Source: Octopus bimaculoides
Lineage: Eukaryota
Direction: 5' to 3'
Assembly: GCF_001194135.2 (NCBI RefSeq)
Contig: NC_068982.1
Location: forward strand, 65,707,408-65,771,407
DNA length: 64,000 bases
The translations under genes were made by a program, and so were the position numbers. A model generated the notes under the pieces. The model ran no database searches. It had not been told where the DNA came from and worked only from the letters and a program-made list of their open reading frames with translations. Position 1 is the first letter of the stretch; the number at the start of each line of letters is the position of its first letter. Shown here one piece after another: positions 50,971-64,000 of this stretch.

Positions 50971-51203
50971 GTAAGTACTTCATTATTTAATGTTACAGCA
51001 GGATATCTTTCAGACAGCCACTCCTCAAACAGGAGATTGGAAGAATTGTATAAATTCTTTATATAAATTGTATGAATTTTATTATTTTCCTAATTATTAT
51101 TAACTGTAAATACAATATTTCCAGTTATTAAAGTAAAATAACTGATATCATTTCAAGTAAATACCTTTCTATCAACTGGTAACGTTTTTGTCTCATTTTG
51201 TAG

Positions 51204-51300
51204 GTCTCGCCTTGGTTGTCAGGTTTATGTGACAGAGGATATGGACGGCGTTGAGATAAAAATTCCTACAGAAACAAATGATATACGAGGATTTTCTTAG
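51204..51300 (+). CDS. FDX1: Ferredoxin last coding exon (fourth Cys ligand)
   Basis: ttttgtag|g SRLGCQVYVTEDMDGVEIKIPTETNDIRGFS*. It lacks the FDX2-type VDGxxPKPH tail. Isoforms are 155 aa (2A) and 157 aa (2B). Confidence 0.95.
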
Positions 51301-51347
51301 AACTTGGTTGTTTAAATTTTATACATCCTGTTAAATAGTTTGATGAA

Positions 51348-51353
51348 AATAAA
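51348..51353 (+). promoter_or_regulatory. Candidate polyadenylation signal AATAAA of the ferredoxin gene
   Basis: 48 nt after the stop codon, with T-rich sequence downstream. Confidence 0.5.
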
Positions 51354-52449
51354 TTTATGAAATTTCACTATAATCTTGTTTTAAATGCAGAATATTTTTT
51401 TCTACTTAAAAAACCAAAAATCTGTGATTGATATTTTTGAGTTATCATTGTCATCATTATTTCTTTTTTTCCTTGTTGTGTCATTGTCATCACTATCATC
51501 ATCTTTTGATGTCCACTTTTCCTCTCTTGCATGTGTGAGGTTGAGGGAGATTTTCTACAGCTCTTGTCCTTGACCCTCACCTGTTTCCAAGCAAAGTAAT
51601 ATTTCCCATGGCCAGATATGATTTCCACAGAAAACTGGAAGCAAAAAACATTGCTTGTTTACAATCATGATGTCAAGACAGGGGAACACACACATAATAT
51701 TAGCTTAACAAAGTCAGTTTTGGCATGGTTTTTACAGTTGGATGCCCTTCCAAATGCCAACCAATTTACAGTATGGACTGGATGATTTTTGTGTGGCACC
51801 AGCAGTGGCTGGGTCACCAAGTAACATGCAAGACAAATATCCTTTCAGAGGAGAGAGGGCATTGGAGGAGGTGATCTTGTGTCAGATGATGAAAGGTTAG
51901 TATGACAGATAGAAACAGGTGTCTTGCTGTAGAGGTACATGGTTACCTGGCCAGGGAGAGAGAGAGTGAGGGAGATCAGGAATGAGGACAAAAACAGGTG
52001 TGCTACTATAGAGGAATTACATGGTCACCTAGCCAGAGGGAAGAGAAAGAGTGGAAGACAGCAAGTGTGCAAGAGAGATAGTGGCAAAGTGTCAGGGTGT
52101 ACCCTCAAGATACAGAGGTCATAATATAAGTGGCAGAGTATTGCCAAAGTATGAGTAGGTAGTAGAAACGTCACATGGATACATAATGTGGGGGTGGGGA
52201 ATGTAGTGACTGGTGAAAACCTGGGTATATAGAGGGCGTGGAGGACTATAGGATAGCAATGAGACAGTGAGGACAGTATTGGGAGGGATAAGCATGGTGC
52301 AAGAAAGAGGAAATGTGAGAAAGAGAAGAGATGTAGTTTGGTTTGCTGGGGTAGGGTATATGAAAAGTTTTATTATTACATGTGGGTGGAACACACAGTG
52401 CTTCTAGAACTCAGTTTTGCTGATGTGGGCAAGTTTTCTCAAGAACCTC

Positions 52450-53400
52450 ATATTACCAGATATTTTGGTCCATTGTCATTTCCCCTGTGAGGCCCATCTT
52501 GAGATCAGTCCTCACCACTTTATCCCATGGCTTGCTAGGTCTCCTTCCACAGGTACCATCCTTTTTCAGTAATTGGCACTTCTTTATACAGCTGTCTTTA
52601 TTCATATGCATCACATGGCCAAACCAACATATTTTTCTCGCTTGCATGCTGCATTTATTCCTCTTATGCCCAACTTTTCTCTCAACACATTTGCACTTTG
52701 TCATACATGCACACTGAAGTTGCACATCCAACAGAGCATACTGCCTTCATTTCTCTCTAGTCTATGCATGTCCTCTGCAATCAGAGCTCATGTTTCACTA
52801 CCATGGAGTATAGCCGTTCATACACGCATCATACAACCTACCTTTCACTCCAAGAGAGTCCTTTTGTTGCTAGAGAGGTAATAACTCTCTGATCTTCCTC
52901 CATTCTATTTTTATTCAAGAAACAATACTTTCAGAGCATCTTCCACCATTGCTAATTTAGTTACCTAGGCAATAGGTAACAGAAACTATCTACAACCTTG
53001 AGAGCCTCTGGGCATTTGAGAGTCTAATTTCCATGTGCCCTTAGTGCTTATCTGCCACATACAAAGACAACTTTATCTATTAATCTACCTGTGGTTCCAC
53101 TGCATCTCTTATGTATCCATAGCTTACACTGGGTGCAGTGAATGGAATTACTTCCAACTCCTTTCCTACCTGAAGGAATTAGTCTTATCTGTTTTCTTGC
53201 TAACAGCAACTATGGTCTTTGCTAGGTTAACTTTAAGGCTCTTTGATTCCAAGTTTTGTTTCCATACCAGGAATTTCTTCTCCAATTCTGTTACAGATTC
53301 TGCAACAAGTGCAAGGTCATCAGCATATAATAGTTTGCATGGGCATCCACTTTTGAATTCCTCTATTATGGTGGGGACGACTATGATGAGTAAGAGTGGA
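52450..53400 (-). mobile_element. RTE-clade LINE RT/3' fragments
   Basis: CWFGHVMHMNKDSCIKKC...GRRPSKPW; LSPLLIIVVP...LLYADDLALVAES. Confidence 0.75.
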
Positions 53401-54099
53401 CTGAGAACTGAACCCCTACTTGTATGTTAAATGCATCACTGTATTCATGACCGCCTCTCATGCTGTACATGGTTTGTACATATGTGTACACACACACACA
53501 TGCCACGTGCACATGGCAAACTTCAATAAATTGACCTAAATTTGGTTTGGAGAGGGGAGTAAATCTCAACAATTATTTTGTTCATGAGTATTTAAACAGG
53601 ATTATTTTTAAACTACATATCATGAATCCTATTTATAAACTATGACATGTAAATTTACACTAGTTACCTAAGTTATTAAAAAAATAAAAGTACTAACCAA
53701 GAGAAATAACTCTATTACTCCTGCTTATATATGTATATCTTGCTCTGCTTTTAAACAAATAAAATAAGTGCACTCAGAGTGAAAACCTCTACCAAGGTAA
53801 CACCAACGTCCTCTCAACAATTAGCCAGAGATGATTTTTAAAATGAGAATATCTGACATAAACTTGACTGCTCTCACTTGCGAGAATATTAAAAATGAAC
53901 CCAACCGCTCTCAAAAATTAAGTAAAAAATCAGGAAAAATAATCTAGAATCCTTGTCTGACACTAGATCGATCCCAAAATCTAATCAGTTTGTGCCAGTC
54001 TAGAGGCCAAACATCCCTAAAAGTTTCATGCAAATCCATCAAACGGTTCTTGAGATATCTTGTCTGCAAACATGACTGAAAGCAAGACCTCAACCTTAA

Positions 54100-56000
54100 C
54101 GAAAGCAGAGGTAATAATGAACTTATTGTTTACAGTGCTCAAGTGCACTACAAGTCATCAGAAAAGGTAACCTAAAGAGCATGTACAGTACACAGAATAA
54201 TGTACAGAAAGTGAACAGTGAATGGGTCATTAAAAAAAACTGGGTAGGGGACGCTAAGTGTACTGTTGGTGAATTTTGGGAAGCATGGAAGTTTTGAAAG
54301 ATGTCTTGACAGTTAACACCTGATGCAAGCAGTTTATTCCATGCTTCAGTAATTCTGAATATGAAAAGATGATTCCGAAAGTCATGAATGCTGTGTTGTT
54401 TTTTGATTTTGTAAGTGTTAGACATGGAATTCAAAAAGGTACCCAAAGTTGTTGGAAAGATGGTGAATAATCTTGTGAGTGTCTACCAAGTTAGTTGCCA
54501 GACATCAGAGCTTTATTGTGTTCATGCACAGGGAAGCAAGACATTCAGGATATGGTAGATGCTTGACAGCTAGTATTCGTCTGGTTGCATGTTTCTGAAG
54601 TTTCCAGGAGATTAATGTGCTGAGCAAGATTGGGGTTCCAGACTAGTGATGCAAACTCCAAGTGTGGATGTACCATAGCCATGTACAGCTTTAAATAGAT
54701 GGCTGGAGAGCAGCTGACAAAGGGTGATGTTAAAGCACCTTCAGCCTTCTTGACAATTTTAGAAATGAGGTTTGTCCAACACATTGCTGTTGACAATAAT
54801 GCCCAGGTCACATTCACCAACAAACTTCTTAAGATTAGTGTTATTGAGGGAGTGTAACAGTTGATTTTTTTCCTCTCAAAATGCATGGTGATGCACTTTC
54901 CCCAGCCAGCTTGTGTTGCTAATCAGTAATCTAAAGCTACATTGTTTCGAGGTCTGATAGCATATAGGATCTGTTCTTTTTATTTCAAGATACATCTTGA
55001 TGTCACCTGCATATTTCAACATTGTAACATTCTTCAAGTTGGCGTCTATGTCATTAACATATGCAACAAACAACAGTGGTCCAAGAACAGGTCCCTGTGG
55101 TACACCAGATGTCATTTCATAAGGTGCAGAATTTTGTCTTAGAACTGTGACTACCTACTTTTCGACCTAGGAGGAAGGACTTCAACTCATTACAGTGAGT
55201 TTTGCCTTGAGTCGTTTGTGTAGCACCGAATTGAAGGCTTTAACCGAGTCAAGATAAATAACATCACCATCAGTGATTCAGGTGATGTCTTCCAGAGACT
55301 TGATGAGTCTGCCACAGTAGCTGGAGTTGGGGATAAATCCAAATTGTGAGCATCAAATAAGTCTGTGAGAGTTCCAGAAGTTCTAGAGTGTTTCTCTGAC
55401 ACAGGACACCATCAGTTTGGTGGAACAGCTGGTAAGGTTGATGCTACAGTTATTAACAGGTGAGGTGCAATCAACCTTTTTGAACAGGAATGACGCTGGC
55501 AATTTTCCACTGCTCTGGGTAACAGTTATTAAGACAGAACCCACCACATTTGAGAAGCAGATAAATAACACCATCAAGACCAGAAGAGATATAGTTGTGC
55601 TTATTCTTGAGGTAACAAAACAGCATTGCTGGTGTAAATTTCACAGATGTTATAGAATTTGATGTCAGAAAGATGGTACATTTTGATTTTCAATAGTAAA
55701 CATCCCAAGGTAATTGAAGCCACCAGCTATGAAAACAAATGACTGTTTTCCTAGATGCAGTTCTGAAGATATCAAAACGTTATGTGTCTTGGTAGCAGTT
55801 TTTTGTGGGGGGGGGGTATGGTAAACAACTCCAATTAGAGTTGTTGACATGTTTATAAATATATCACAGAAAAATGACTTTTGTTGTAATTGGCTTAAGT
55901 CATCGCAAGGAATTGCTGAAATGTTTGAACAAACGTAGACCATCACACCACTCCTATGACAATTAATGTGGTCTTTGCAAAACAAGTTGTAACCAGCCAT
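54100..56000 (-). mobile_element. Degraded CR1/L2-type LINE
   Basis: SGVPQGPVLGPLLFVAYVND, KYAGDIK, VHPHLEFASLVWNP, FRITEAWNKL; APE remnants GVVYHTPP and IAGGFNY. Confidence 0.8.
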
Positions 56001-56904
56001 GTTAAAATCACCATCGCAAAGTTATAGAGTGTGCCCATGTTTCTGTGACTGCAATGTAATCGGGATCGATACTTTTGACATAGGAATCAAAAAGGTGGAT
56101 CATGTGGCATAAACTTTGGATATTTAAGGACAGTAATTTGTATCTGGATTTAAGACTACCATGATGATATTTAGGGGATGGTGGATTGTTCTTGTTTAAT
56201 TTCCCGGAGCTTTATACATTCTTTAATGCTATATTCACCATGTTCTTTGCTGGAAATTCCAACTGTTTCCTACTTTTCCTCTGTATTTCAACTATTATTT
56301 AATCAGTACATTATATCTGACTCTGGAAGATTTTCAAATTATATATAAAATTGTGAATAAAATAATTCTATTTTATTTTTTTAAAAGGAGTTATTTAATT
56401 GATTTCTTATACTGGTAAAGGATAAATTATGAGCAAATAGACTTCTGAATATCTCCTGGTACTTATCTCATCATCACGGTGGAATTTGAACTCAGAATGT
56501 AATGGGTCGGGAGAAATATCATGTAATATTTCTTGTGACATTCTAACAATTCTGCCACCTCGCCACCTTAATGCATAAATAATGTGTTTGTGTCTGTTTA
56601 CATTAATACTTGCCAAGCTAGAAGCGCTGATACTGGAGTTATACCCCTTGGATTAGGATTAAAAGGCCACCTCAGGGTACATATTTGCTTGTAGAGCGGA
56701 GTTGGATCTGAGATGAGGTTGTGGAATGGGGTGGTAGGACATGTGGTGGTGAAGAATGATGTGATGGGAAATGGAGATGGTGGAGAGGGTTGATTTTACA
56801 ATTATGTGTGGTTATGTATACATATATGTTTGTGTGTGGGCTTGTATATATATATATATGAGTGAGTGGACAAATGAAAGAAGGGCACTCAACAAATTTA
56901 ATGG

Positions 56905-58442
56905 GAGTTACATGTATGGATCAAAACAGTTTGATTCAAGTTTGTTGGTACTCTTGAGTTTCAAGTGTGATGCTAGTCATCAGCCATTTTGAATTTGAAT
57001 GACAGAAGTTGATTGTTATTACTGTAAGGTGGTCTGTGATTGGTCAAGGAAGGTCATGTGGTGTCATGATTTGATGTTGGTATATGAGTAACAGTTAATT
57101 GGATAATACTGCATGATGAACCGGAAATTGACCACATGGAGGACAGGAAATAGAGCACAAGAGGGCTAGGAAATTGGTCAGGTTGTTGGGGGGTGGGGGA
57201 AGTAGGAAGGGGCAGCATGTGCAAGTATATAGTTCTATATGTGGATGTGTAGACGCTCTCATAAGGTTTTGAGTACTTGTGTGCATTGATGCGAGCATGC
57301 ATACCTGTACATGGGTACACCCGTGCACATCTGCACAGACACACACAGATGGACAGACACGCACACACACATAAGCACACATGCACACACACACACAGAC
57401 ACATGCATATTCCTTCATGTATATATGTATATTTGCATGCATACTGGTGTGCATGCACATGCACCTGTGGATTTGTGAATGCACATGCATGAGTATTGAT
57501 TGGACTAGTGTTAACAGAACACTGCCATATTCACCTGGCACTCCCAACTGCCAGCTCTGCCTCTGCGAAAATGTGCATATCCTCCAACAATCCACAGTAT
57601 CCATCAACAAGGAATATGATTTATCGTATTGCTGTCACCAGAGGTATGCCTTTCTGACAAATTTCAGGCCTCTGACTACTGACAACCCAGATATACCACC
57701 TTAGCACCAGCTGCTACTCTCCCCCACCTGCACCAAGGTCACTGCTACCAATCAACCCCATGAGCAGGACCACCAATTACCAATCACCAACATTTACCAA
57801 CCCCCAATGCTTACCAATTGCCAATGCTTACCAATCCCCAATGTTTGTTTTGCACTTGTATACTCACACATGCACATATGCATGTGCATACATGTATGTA
57901 CATGCACACTGGTATGCATGTGTACATATGAGTGAATACACATGTATGTGCATGTATATGTGTGCACGTGCATGTCCGTCCACATGTGTGTGTGCAGACA
58001 TACACATGTGTGCCCATGTACAGATACACATGCTTGCATCAATGCACAATGCCATGCATTTAGATCAACAATGACAAAATAAAATACTTAAGGTTGATTA
58101 TGCTCAATCTTAACAAGTATTTTATTTTGTTAACTTCATCTACACACCCACATATAGAACTATATACTTGTACATGCCGCCATTCCTACTTCCCCACCAC
58201 AACCTGACTGATTTCCTAGCACCCAAGTGGTTTATTTCCTGTTCACCATGTGGTATTTTCTAACTAACTGCTACCCATATACTAACATTAAGCCACAACA
58301 CCACATGGCCTTCTTCAACCACTCGCAGTCCACCTTATGGTAATAACAATTAAGTTCTGTCACTCAAATTCTAAATGGCTGACAACTAGCATCATGCTTG
58401 AAACTCAAGAGTAACGACAAACTTGAATCAAACTGTTTTGAT

Positions 58443-58446
<4 letters not shown>
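56905..58446. repeat. About 1.5-kb foldback: diverged inverted arms around a Penelope-like GIY-YIG C-terminal remnant
   Basis: 56905-57250 is the reverse complement of 58140-58446 (ggatcaaaacagtttgattcaagtttg... / ...caaacttgaatcaaactgttttgatcc). The centre reads PYSPGTPNCQLCLCEN...INKEYDLSYCCHQR. Confidence 0.7.
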
Positions 58447-58487
<41 letters not shown>

Positions 58488-58942
58488 NNNNNNNNNNNNN
58501 NNNNNNNNNNNNNNNNNNNNNNNNNNNNNNNNNNNNNNNNNNNNNNNNNNNNNNNNNNNNNNNNNNNNNNNNNNNNNNNNNNNNNNNNNNNNNNNNNNNN
58601 NNNNNNNNNNNNNNNNNNNNNNNNNNNNNNNNNNNNNNNNNNNNNNNNNNNNNNNNNNNNNNNNNNNNNNNNNNNNNNNNNNNNNNNNNNNNNNNNNNNN
58701 NNNNNNNNNNNNNNNNNNNNNNNNNNNNNNNNNNNNNNNNNNNNNNNNNNNNNNNNNNNNNNNNNNNNNNNNNNNNNNNNNNNNNNNNNNNNNNNNNNNN
58801 NNNNNNNNNNNNNNNNNNNNNNNNNNNNNNNNNNNNNNNNNNNNNNNNNNNNNNNNNNNNNNNNNNNNNNNNNNNNNNNNNNNNNNNNNNNNNNNNNNNN
58901 NNNNNNNNNNNNNNNNNNNNNNNNNNNNNNNNNNNNNNNNNN

Positions 58943-58982
<40 letters not shown>

Positions 58983-60213
58983 AATATAGATATTAATTCC
59001 TCGTGTATGGTGAGGGAAACACAGATGAGAGAGATCCAATGTATATATTTACAGTGCATACAGCCAGTTTGCTAAAGTTCAACGTTCAGCTGGACGAATG
59101 GACCAACAAACAGACAAATAAGACAGACAATCATACAGACACAGACAGATAGGCAGGCAGGCAGGCAGACAGACAGACAAACAGACAGACAGACGGACGG
59201 ACAGACGGACAGACAGGCAGACAGACACAGACGGACGGACAGACAGACGGACAGACAGACAGACAGCAAATATAAGTTACATTCTCTAAAACTTGATACA
59301 TATTTCTTCTAGTTAGTTGAAATTTAATCATGTATAATTACGCATGCCCATTAGAAGTTGACTATTTTTTAACTAGTTTAATCTCAAAGACAGCAAAACA
59401 ATATCACTGACTCTTTTTAGGGCTCCTGCTGTTGATGGAACAAAGTTATTCTTAGATGGGAAATCTGACCTGAATGTTTACAGCAGAGTATGCTTACTTT
59501 GCTCTTGACTCCAGGTGGTTGTGTTAAACCTAGAAACAGATTAAAGCAACTACCTATGAGCTAGTTATCTTCTACCATATCTTCCTTGGATATTTTTAAT
59601 CATATATGTCATATGCATGTACTATGCAAATTCATCACATCACATACACACTATTCTAGGAAACAACAACAATAACAACAGCAACAGCAGCAGCAACAAC
59701 AACAGTAGCAGCTGCAGCAGCAGAAAACCTGTATCATTCCTATTCCATCCAAGCAATTACAAAACAACAAATTTAAAACAATATCTGTCACAACTTCAGA
59801 TTCAAATTTTGTACTAAACATTGGTCAGACTCCTGGAAATCTCAAAATATCAAGACACCCATCCATACACTTAGTCTTCTCTGTGTGTTTCTACTGCATC
59901 TACGATCAGAGAGTTGTTGTCCATTTAGTTGATGCCTAATTTTTAAGATCACATCTAATCCTTGCATTACTTTAGTGGAGTTTATTCTGTTGTAAGCTTT
60001 CAGGCCACAACCATTCTGCCTATGTTCAGCAATGAAATATTTTGGAGACAATTAGGATTGATTTTCTTCTTGTGATTAAAGTACATCATCATCATATACT
60101 TATATTTTCATGGTTGTATTTGTTGGACTTGTGCAGCACCTTGGATCCTGGACAGGTGCCTTCTACTTTAGCCTTGAGCTAACCAAAATTTTGTGAGTGG
60201 ACTTGGTGTGTGG

Positions 60214-60251
<38 letters not shown>

Positions 60252-61716
60252 GTTAGATAAGTAGATAGGAGCTGGTGAGCCAGAAGACTGCACCAAACTT
60301 GCATGTGCAGGTGTGGGTGTGTGTGTGTGTGTGCATTTGTGTATGCATGTGAGTGTGTGTGTATGTCAGTGTTTTTGTTTACATTTGTATGCCTGTGAGA
60401 ATCACCGAGCTACAAGTAATGACAACATTGTCATTTCTGTCAACAAATCTACCACTGGTTTTGTACCTTTGAAAATGTGTGGAATAAGAGATTGATTTCT
60501 TACATTACCACAAGTTCTCCAAAAGTAAGGATTCATGACAAGAATCTGGCTGTAAAACAATGTCTCAATAATTATCCATCCTACCTATGCTAACATGGAG
60601 AAACAGACATACAAAATAATAAATGAATGAATTATGTAGGCCTAGTATATCACCAGGTTTAACACAACCATTCAGTCTCCAAGCTTACTCTATTTCAGGC
60701 ATTTGGAGTGCATTCTGGTTACCTATCCACCTATATTTTTTTGCAGAGATGTTCTGAAGGACAGTGAGTATACAAATGTCACTGACCTGGGAGAGCCTAT
60801 AAAAGTTATGGACACTTCCTTGCCTCTTCTGACAGATTATGACAACAAAAACAATGCGTTCTCATCATGTTTTCATTCGCCAAATCTGTAGCTGATTGTA
60901 TATTAATTCCACTTCTTTCTCTCTTCCTTTCTCCTCTCCTCATTTTCTCTTTCTCCCCACTTTCTCATTCTCTCCCCCCAATCCTCTCTTGCATCTCTCT
61001 CACCACTTTTCTCTCTTTACCAAATGAGGTAGCCATGTATCTCTTCTACAAAAGACACCTGTTTCTGTTCCTCTACCATACTGTAACCTTTCATCACCTG
61101 CTACAAAGCTACCTCCCTCAATACTACTACCCACTTAGTTGAGGGATTTTGTCCAACAAGTTACTTGGTCACCTCACTGGTGCTTGGGGCTATGTACAAA
61201 GCACACATTCTGTATAGTGATCAGCATTAGGATGGCATCCAACTAAAGAAACCATGCCAAAGCAGACATTGGAGCTTAATGCAGTCCTCTGGTTCATCAG
61301 TTCTCATCTACTCATCTGACACATGCCAGCATGGAAAACAGATGTCCTATGGTGGTGGTGATGACACTGATTTCATATGCATATATGAAATGGGGAGGGT
61401 GGACTGACTGCTTACATTAGCACAAGTCCTCCACAATTTATGGCAGTATTGCAAAAGATCCTGTAAGAAGGGAATTTGTGGTTTTGGTGAAGGATAATAC
61501 TTTCAATAGGGAAATCAAACTCTGACCCCTTAGTCTATGGAGCTCAGCATCGAAAACTGAGTGCTGTTGACAACTGTGAATCTATAAGATAATTAAATAA
61601 ATTTCCTTTGAAGTTTTACAATGAGTAGTTTGCCAGTTGTTATAAAGTTTGTACTATACATGTTTACAAAAATTAATAACAAATTAAAGTTAGTTTAATT
61701 GATTAATTGAATCAAG

Positions 61717-61766
<50 letters not shown>

Positions 61767-62448
61767 GTTAAGTTTATTCAATCTATGTACACATATGTTG
61801 TAGATGAGTCGATCATCTTTTTCCTTTGTTATATGATGTGTATATAAACTTGTCAACATGTTTATTAAGATAGTAAGAAGTGCAATGCTAATGGATTTTG
61901 CTTCCTTTTTTTTTTATCTGGATCACATAATTGTTGATTTATTCTTTATAGTTTGTATAGCATACAAGAGAGAAGCCATAATAAAAATTATTGNNNNNNN
62001 NNNNNNNNNNNNNNNNNNNNNNNNNNNNNNNNNNNNNNNNNNNNNNNNNNNNNNNNNNNNNNNNNNNNNNNNNNNNNNNNNNNNNNNNNNNNNNNNNNNN
62101 NNNNNNNNNNNNNNNNNNNNNNNNNNNNNNNNNNNNNNNNNNNNNNNNNNNNNNNNNNNNNNNNNNNNNNNNNNNNNNNNNNNNNNNNNNNNNNNNNNNN
62201 NNNNNNNNNNNNNNNNNNNNNNNNNNNNNNNNNNNNNNNNNNNNNNNNNNNNNNNNNNNNNNNNNNNNNNNNNNNNNNNNNNNNNNNNNNNNNNNNNNNN
62301 NNNNNNNNNNNNNNNNNNNNNNNNNNNNNNNNNNNNNNNNNNNNNNNNNNNNNNNNNNNNNNNNNNNNNNNNNNNNNNNNNNNNNNNNNNNNNNNNNNNN
62401 NNNNNNNNNNNNNNNNNNNNNNNNNNNNNNNNNNNNNNNNNNNNNNNN

Positions 62449-62520
<72 letters not shown>

Positions 62521-62809
62521 ATGGTTGTAAATGCGAATCATCATCATACAAGTAAGGTTGCTTGTTTCTAACCTTCCAAGAAAAATATGTTTCAGTAGGA
62601 GGAAATATTACCTTGCTTGGAAACAGGTGAGGGTTGTTAACAGAAGGGAAATCCAGTCATAGAAAGTCTATTTCAATAAATTCTGTCTGACCCATGCAAG
62701 TATGAGAATAAAAGAAATTAAATGATAATGATGATTAGCATATCTATATATTAATAATTGACTACAAATAGATGATATATTTACAATAATTAATACATTT
62801 TAATATTAG

Positions 62810-63255
62810 TACAAGGCAAGCTGGCAGAATCATTAGCATGCAGGGCAAAATCTTAGTGACATTTTATCTGTCTGCATGCTCTGAGTTCAAATTCTGCTGA
62901 GGTCAACTTTGTCTTTCATCCTTTTGGGGTTGATAAAATAAGTAGCAGTTAAGCATGAGATTGATGTTATTGACTTATCCACTCCCTGAAATTGCTGACC
63001 TTGTGCCAAAAATTTGAAAGCAATATTAACCTAGGGCAGAGAGCTGGCTGAGTGGTTAGTACTTCAAGGAAAATGCTTAGCAGCATTTCATCCATCTTTA
63101 CGTTCTGAGTTCAAATTCCACTGAAGTCAACTTTGCCTTTCATCTTTTAGGGGCTGATAAAATAAGTACCAGCTGAGCACTGAGGCCAATGTAATTGACT
63201 GACTCCCCTGCCCCTTAAAATTGCTGGCTTTGTGCCAAAATTTGAAATCAATATT
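62810..63255 (+). mobile_element. Two tandem copies of a second SINE family
   Basis: agctggc(a/t)ga...ttag...tgagttcaaatt...gtcaactttg(t/c)ctttcatc; other copies near 13545, 28850, 29 kb and 47290. Confidence 0.65.
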
Positions 63256-63658
63256 AGAACAAAATTATGATCAAAATTTTAAATATTAGTAGAGGAAGAG
63301 AACTGATTCCAATTCATGACTTACACATAACTCATAAGTTTAGTGGAATAACAATAAATTCTGAAAGTAAAAATTTCTGTTTTTCTGCCATTTCTGCTAC
63401 TCTACTACTATGTTATTTATACATTCTATTTGTTTCACACATCAGGATTATGGTCATGCTAGGATACCACCTTGGATGATGTAATTAATAAAAATGACCT
63501 CAATACTTGCTTATCCGGTTCATATTCTGTCAGATCATTATTAGCTGAAGCCATAAGTTCAAGGCGTAAACAAACCAAAAGTTGTCAAGCAGTAAGAGAT
63601 AATCACAGTGACACATTTGCATGTATATACACACACACATCTGTATGTATGTATGTAT

Positions 63659-63713
<55 letters not shown>

Positions 63714-64000
63714 TACATACATACATATGTGGTCTGATCAATAAGTGTCCAGACTCCACATAATTAAATCAATGGCTAACTAGCCCAATTGACTTGCTTC
63801 TTCTTGTGTTTGTTTCTCCATTTTCCACGTGATTATAAATAAACTGCAGTTTAAACAATAAATTACCTGCCTCTGTATACCTTCTAACAAAGACGGTACC
63901 CACACAAGTAATCTCCAGGAGTGCCTTCAGATTTAATTATCCCCTGGTTGCTTAGATACTTCAGACTACCCTTTGAATATTGAAGCAATCCTATCATATA

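Noticed and set aside
63463-63591. Open frame DTTLDDVINKNDL...SCQA|gtaaga as an exon
   Set aside because: Weak acceptor; the better upstream acceptor hits stops in all frames; no recognisable family.
63875-64000. Minus-strand open frame YMIGLLQYSKGSLKYLSNQGIIKSEGTPGDYLCGYRLC* at the window edge
   Set aside because: Truncated by the window end, with no recognisable motif; cannot be supported.

Overview
AT-rich, repeat-dense eukaryotic genomic DNA with nine N-gaps. The SINE, microsatellite and MITE content resembles an octopus or other coleoid cephalopod (inference). Two spliced genes for mitochondrial proteins lie head-to-head, and neither appears complete in the ORF track. (1) A minus-strand Bcl-2/Bax-type gene has 4 coding exons (21892->7413, 178 aa) with BH3, a non-canonical BH1 (NQGR), BH2 and a C-terminal TM anchor. 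(2) A plus-strand mitochondrial [2Fe-2S] ferredoxin of the adrenodoxin/FDX1 type spans 34219-51300. The best finding is in this gene: its second coding exon is tandemly duplicated (41931-42037 and 42101-42213, 63 nt apart). Both copies are intact and phase-matched, and including both shifts the frame. One copy encodes the FDX1-type loop (DFDGFG-ACEG) and the other the shorter FDX2/Yah1-type loop (DIDLEG-ACEG), so mutually exclusive splicing may yield two ferredoxin types from one locus. The rest is transposon-derived: a CRE-like LINE, Penelope-like fragments with hammerhead-like cores, two inverted Gypsy copies, solo LTRs, RTE/CR1 LINEs, Tc1, Merlin, Helitron-like pieces, SINEs, and foldback MITEs carrying TTAGGG-like repeats.
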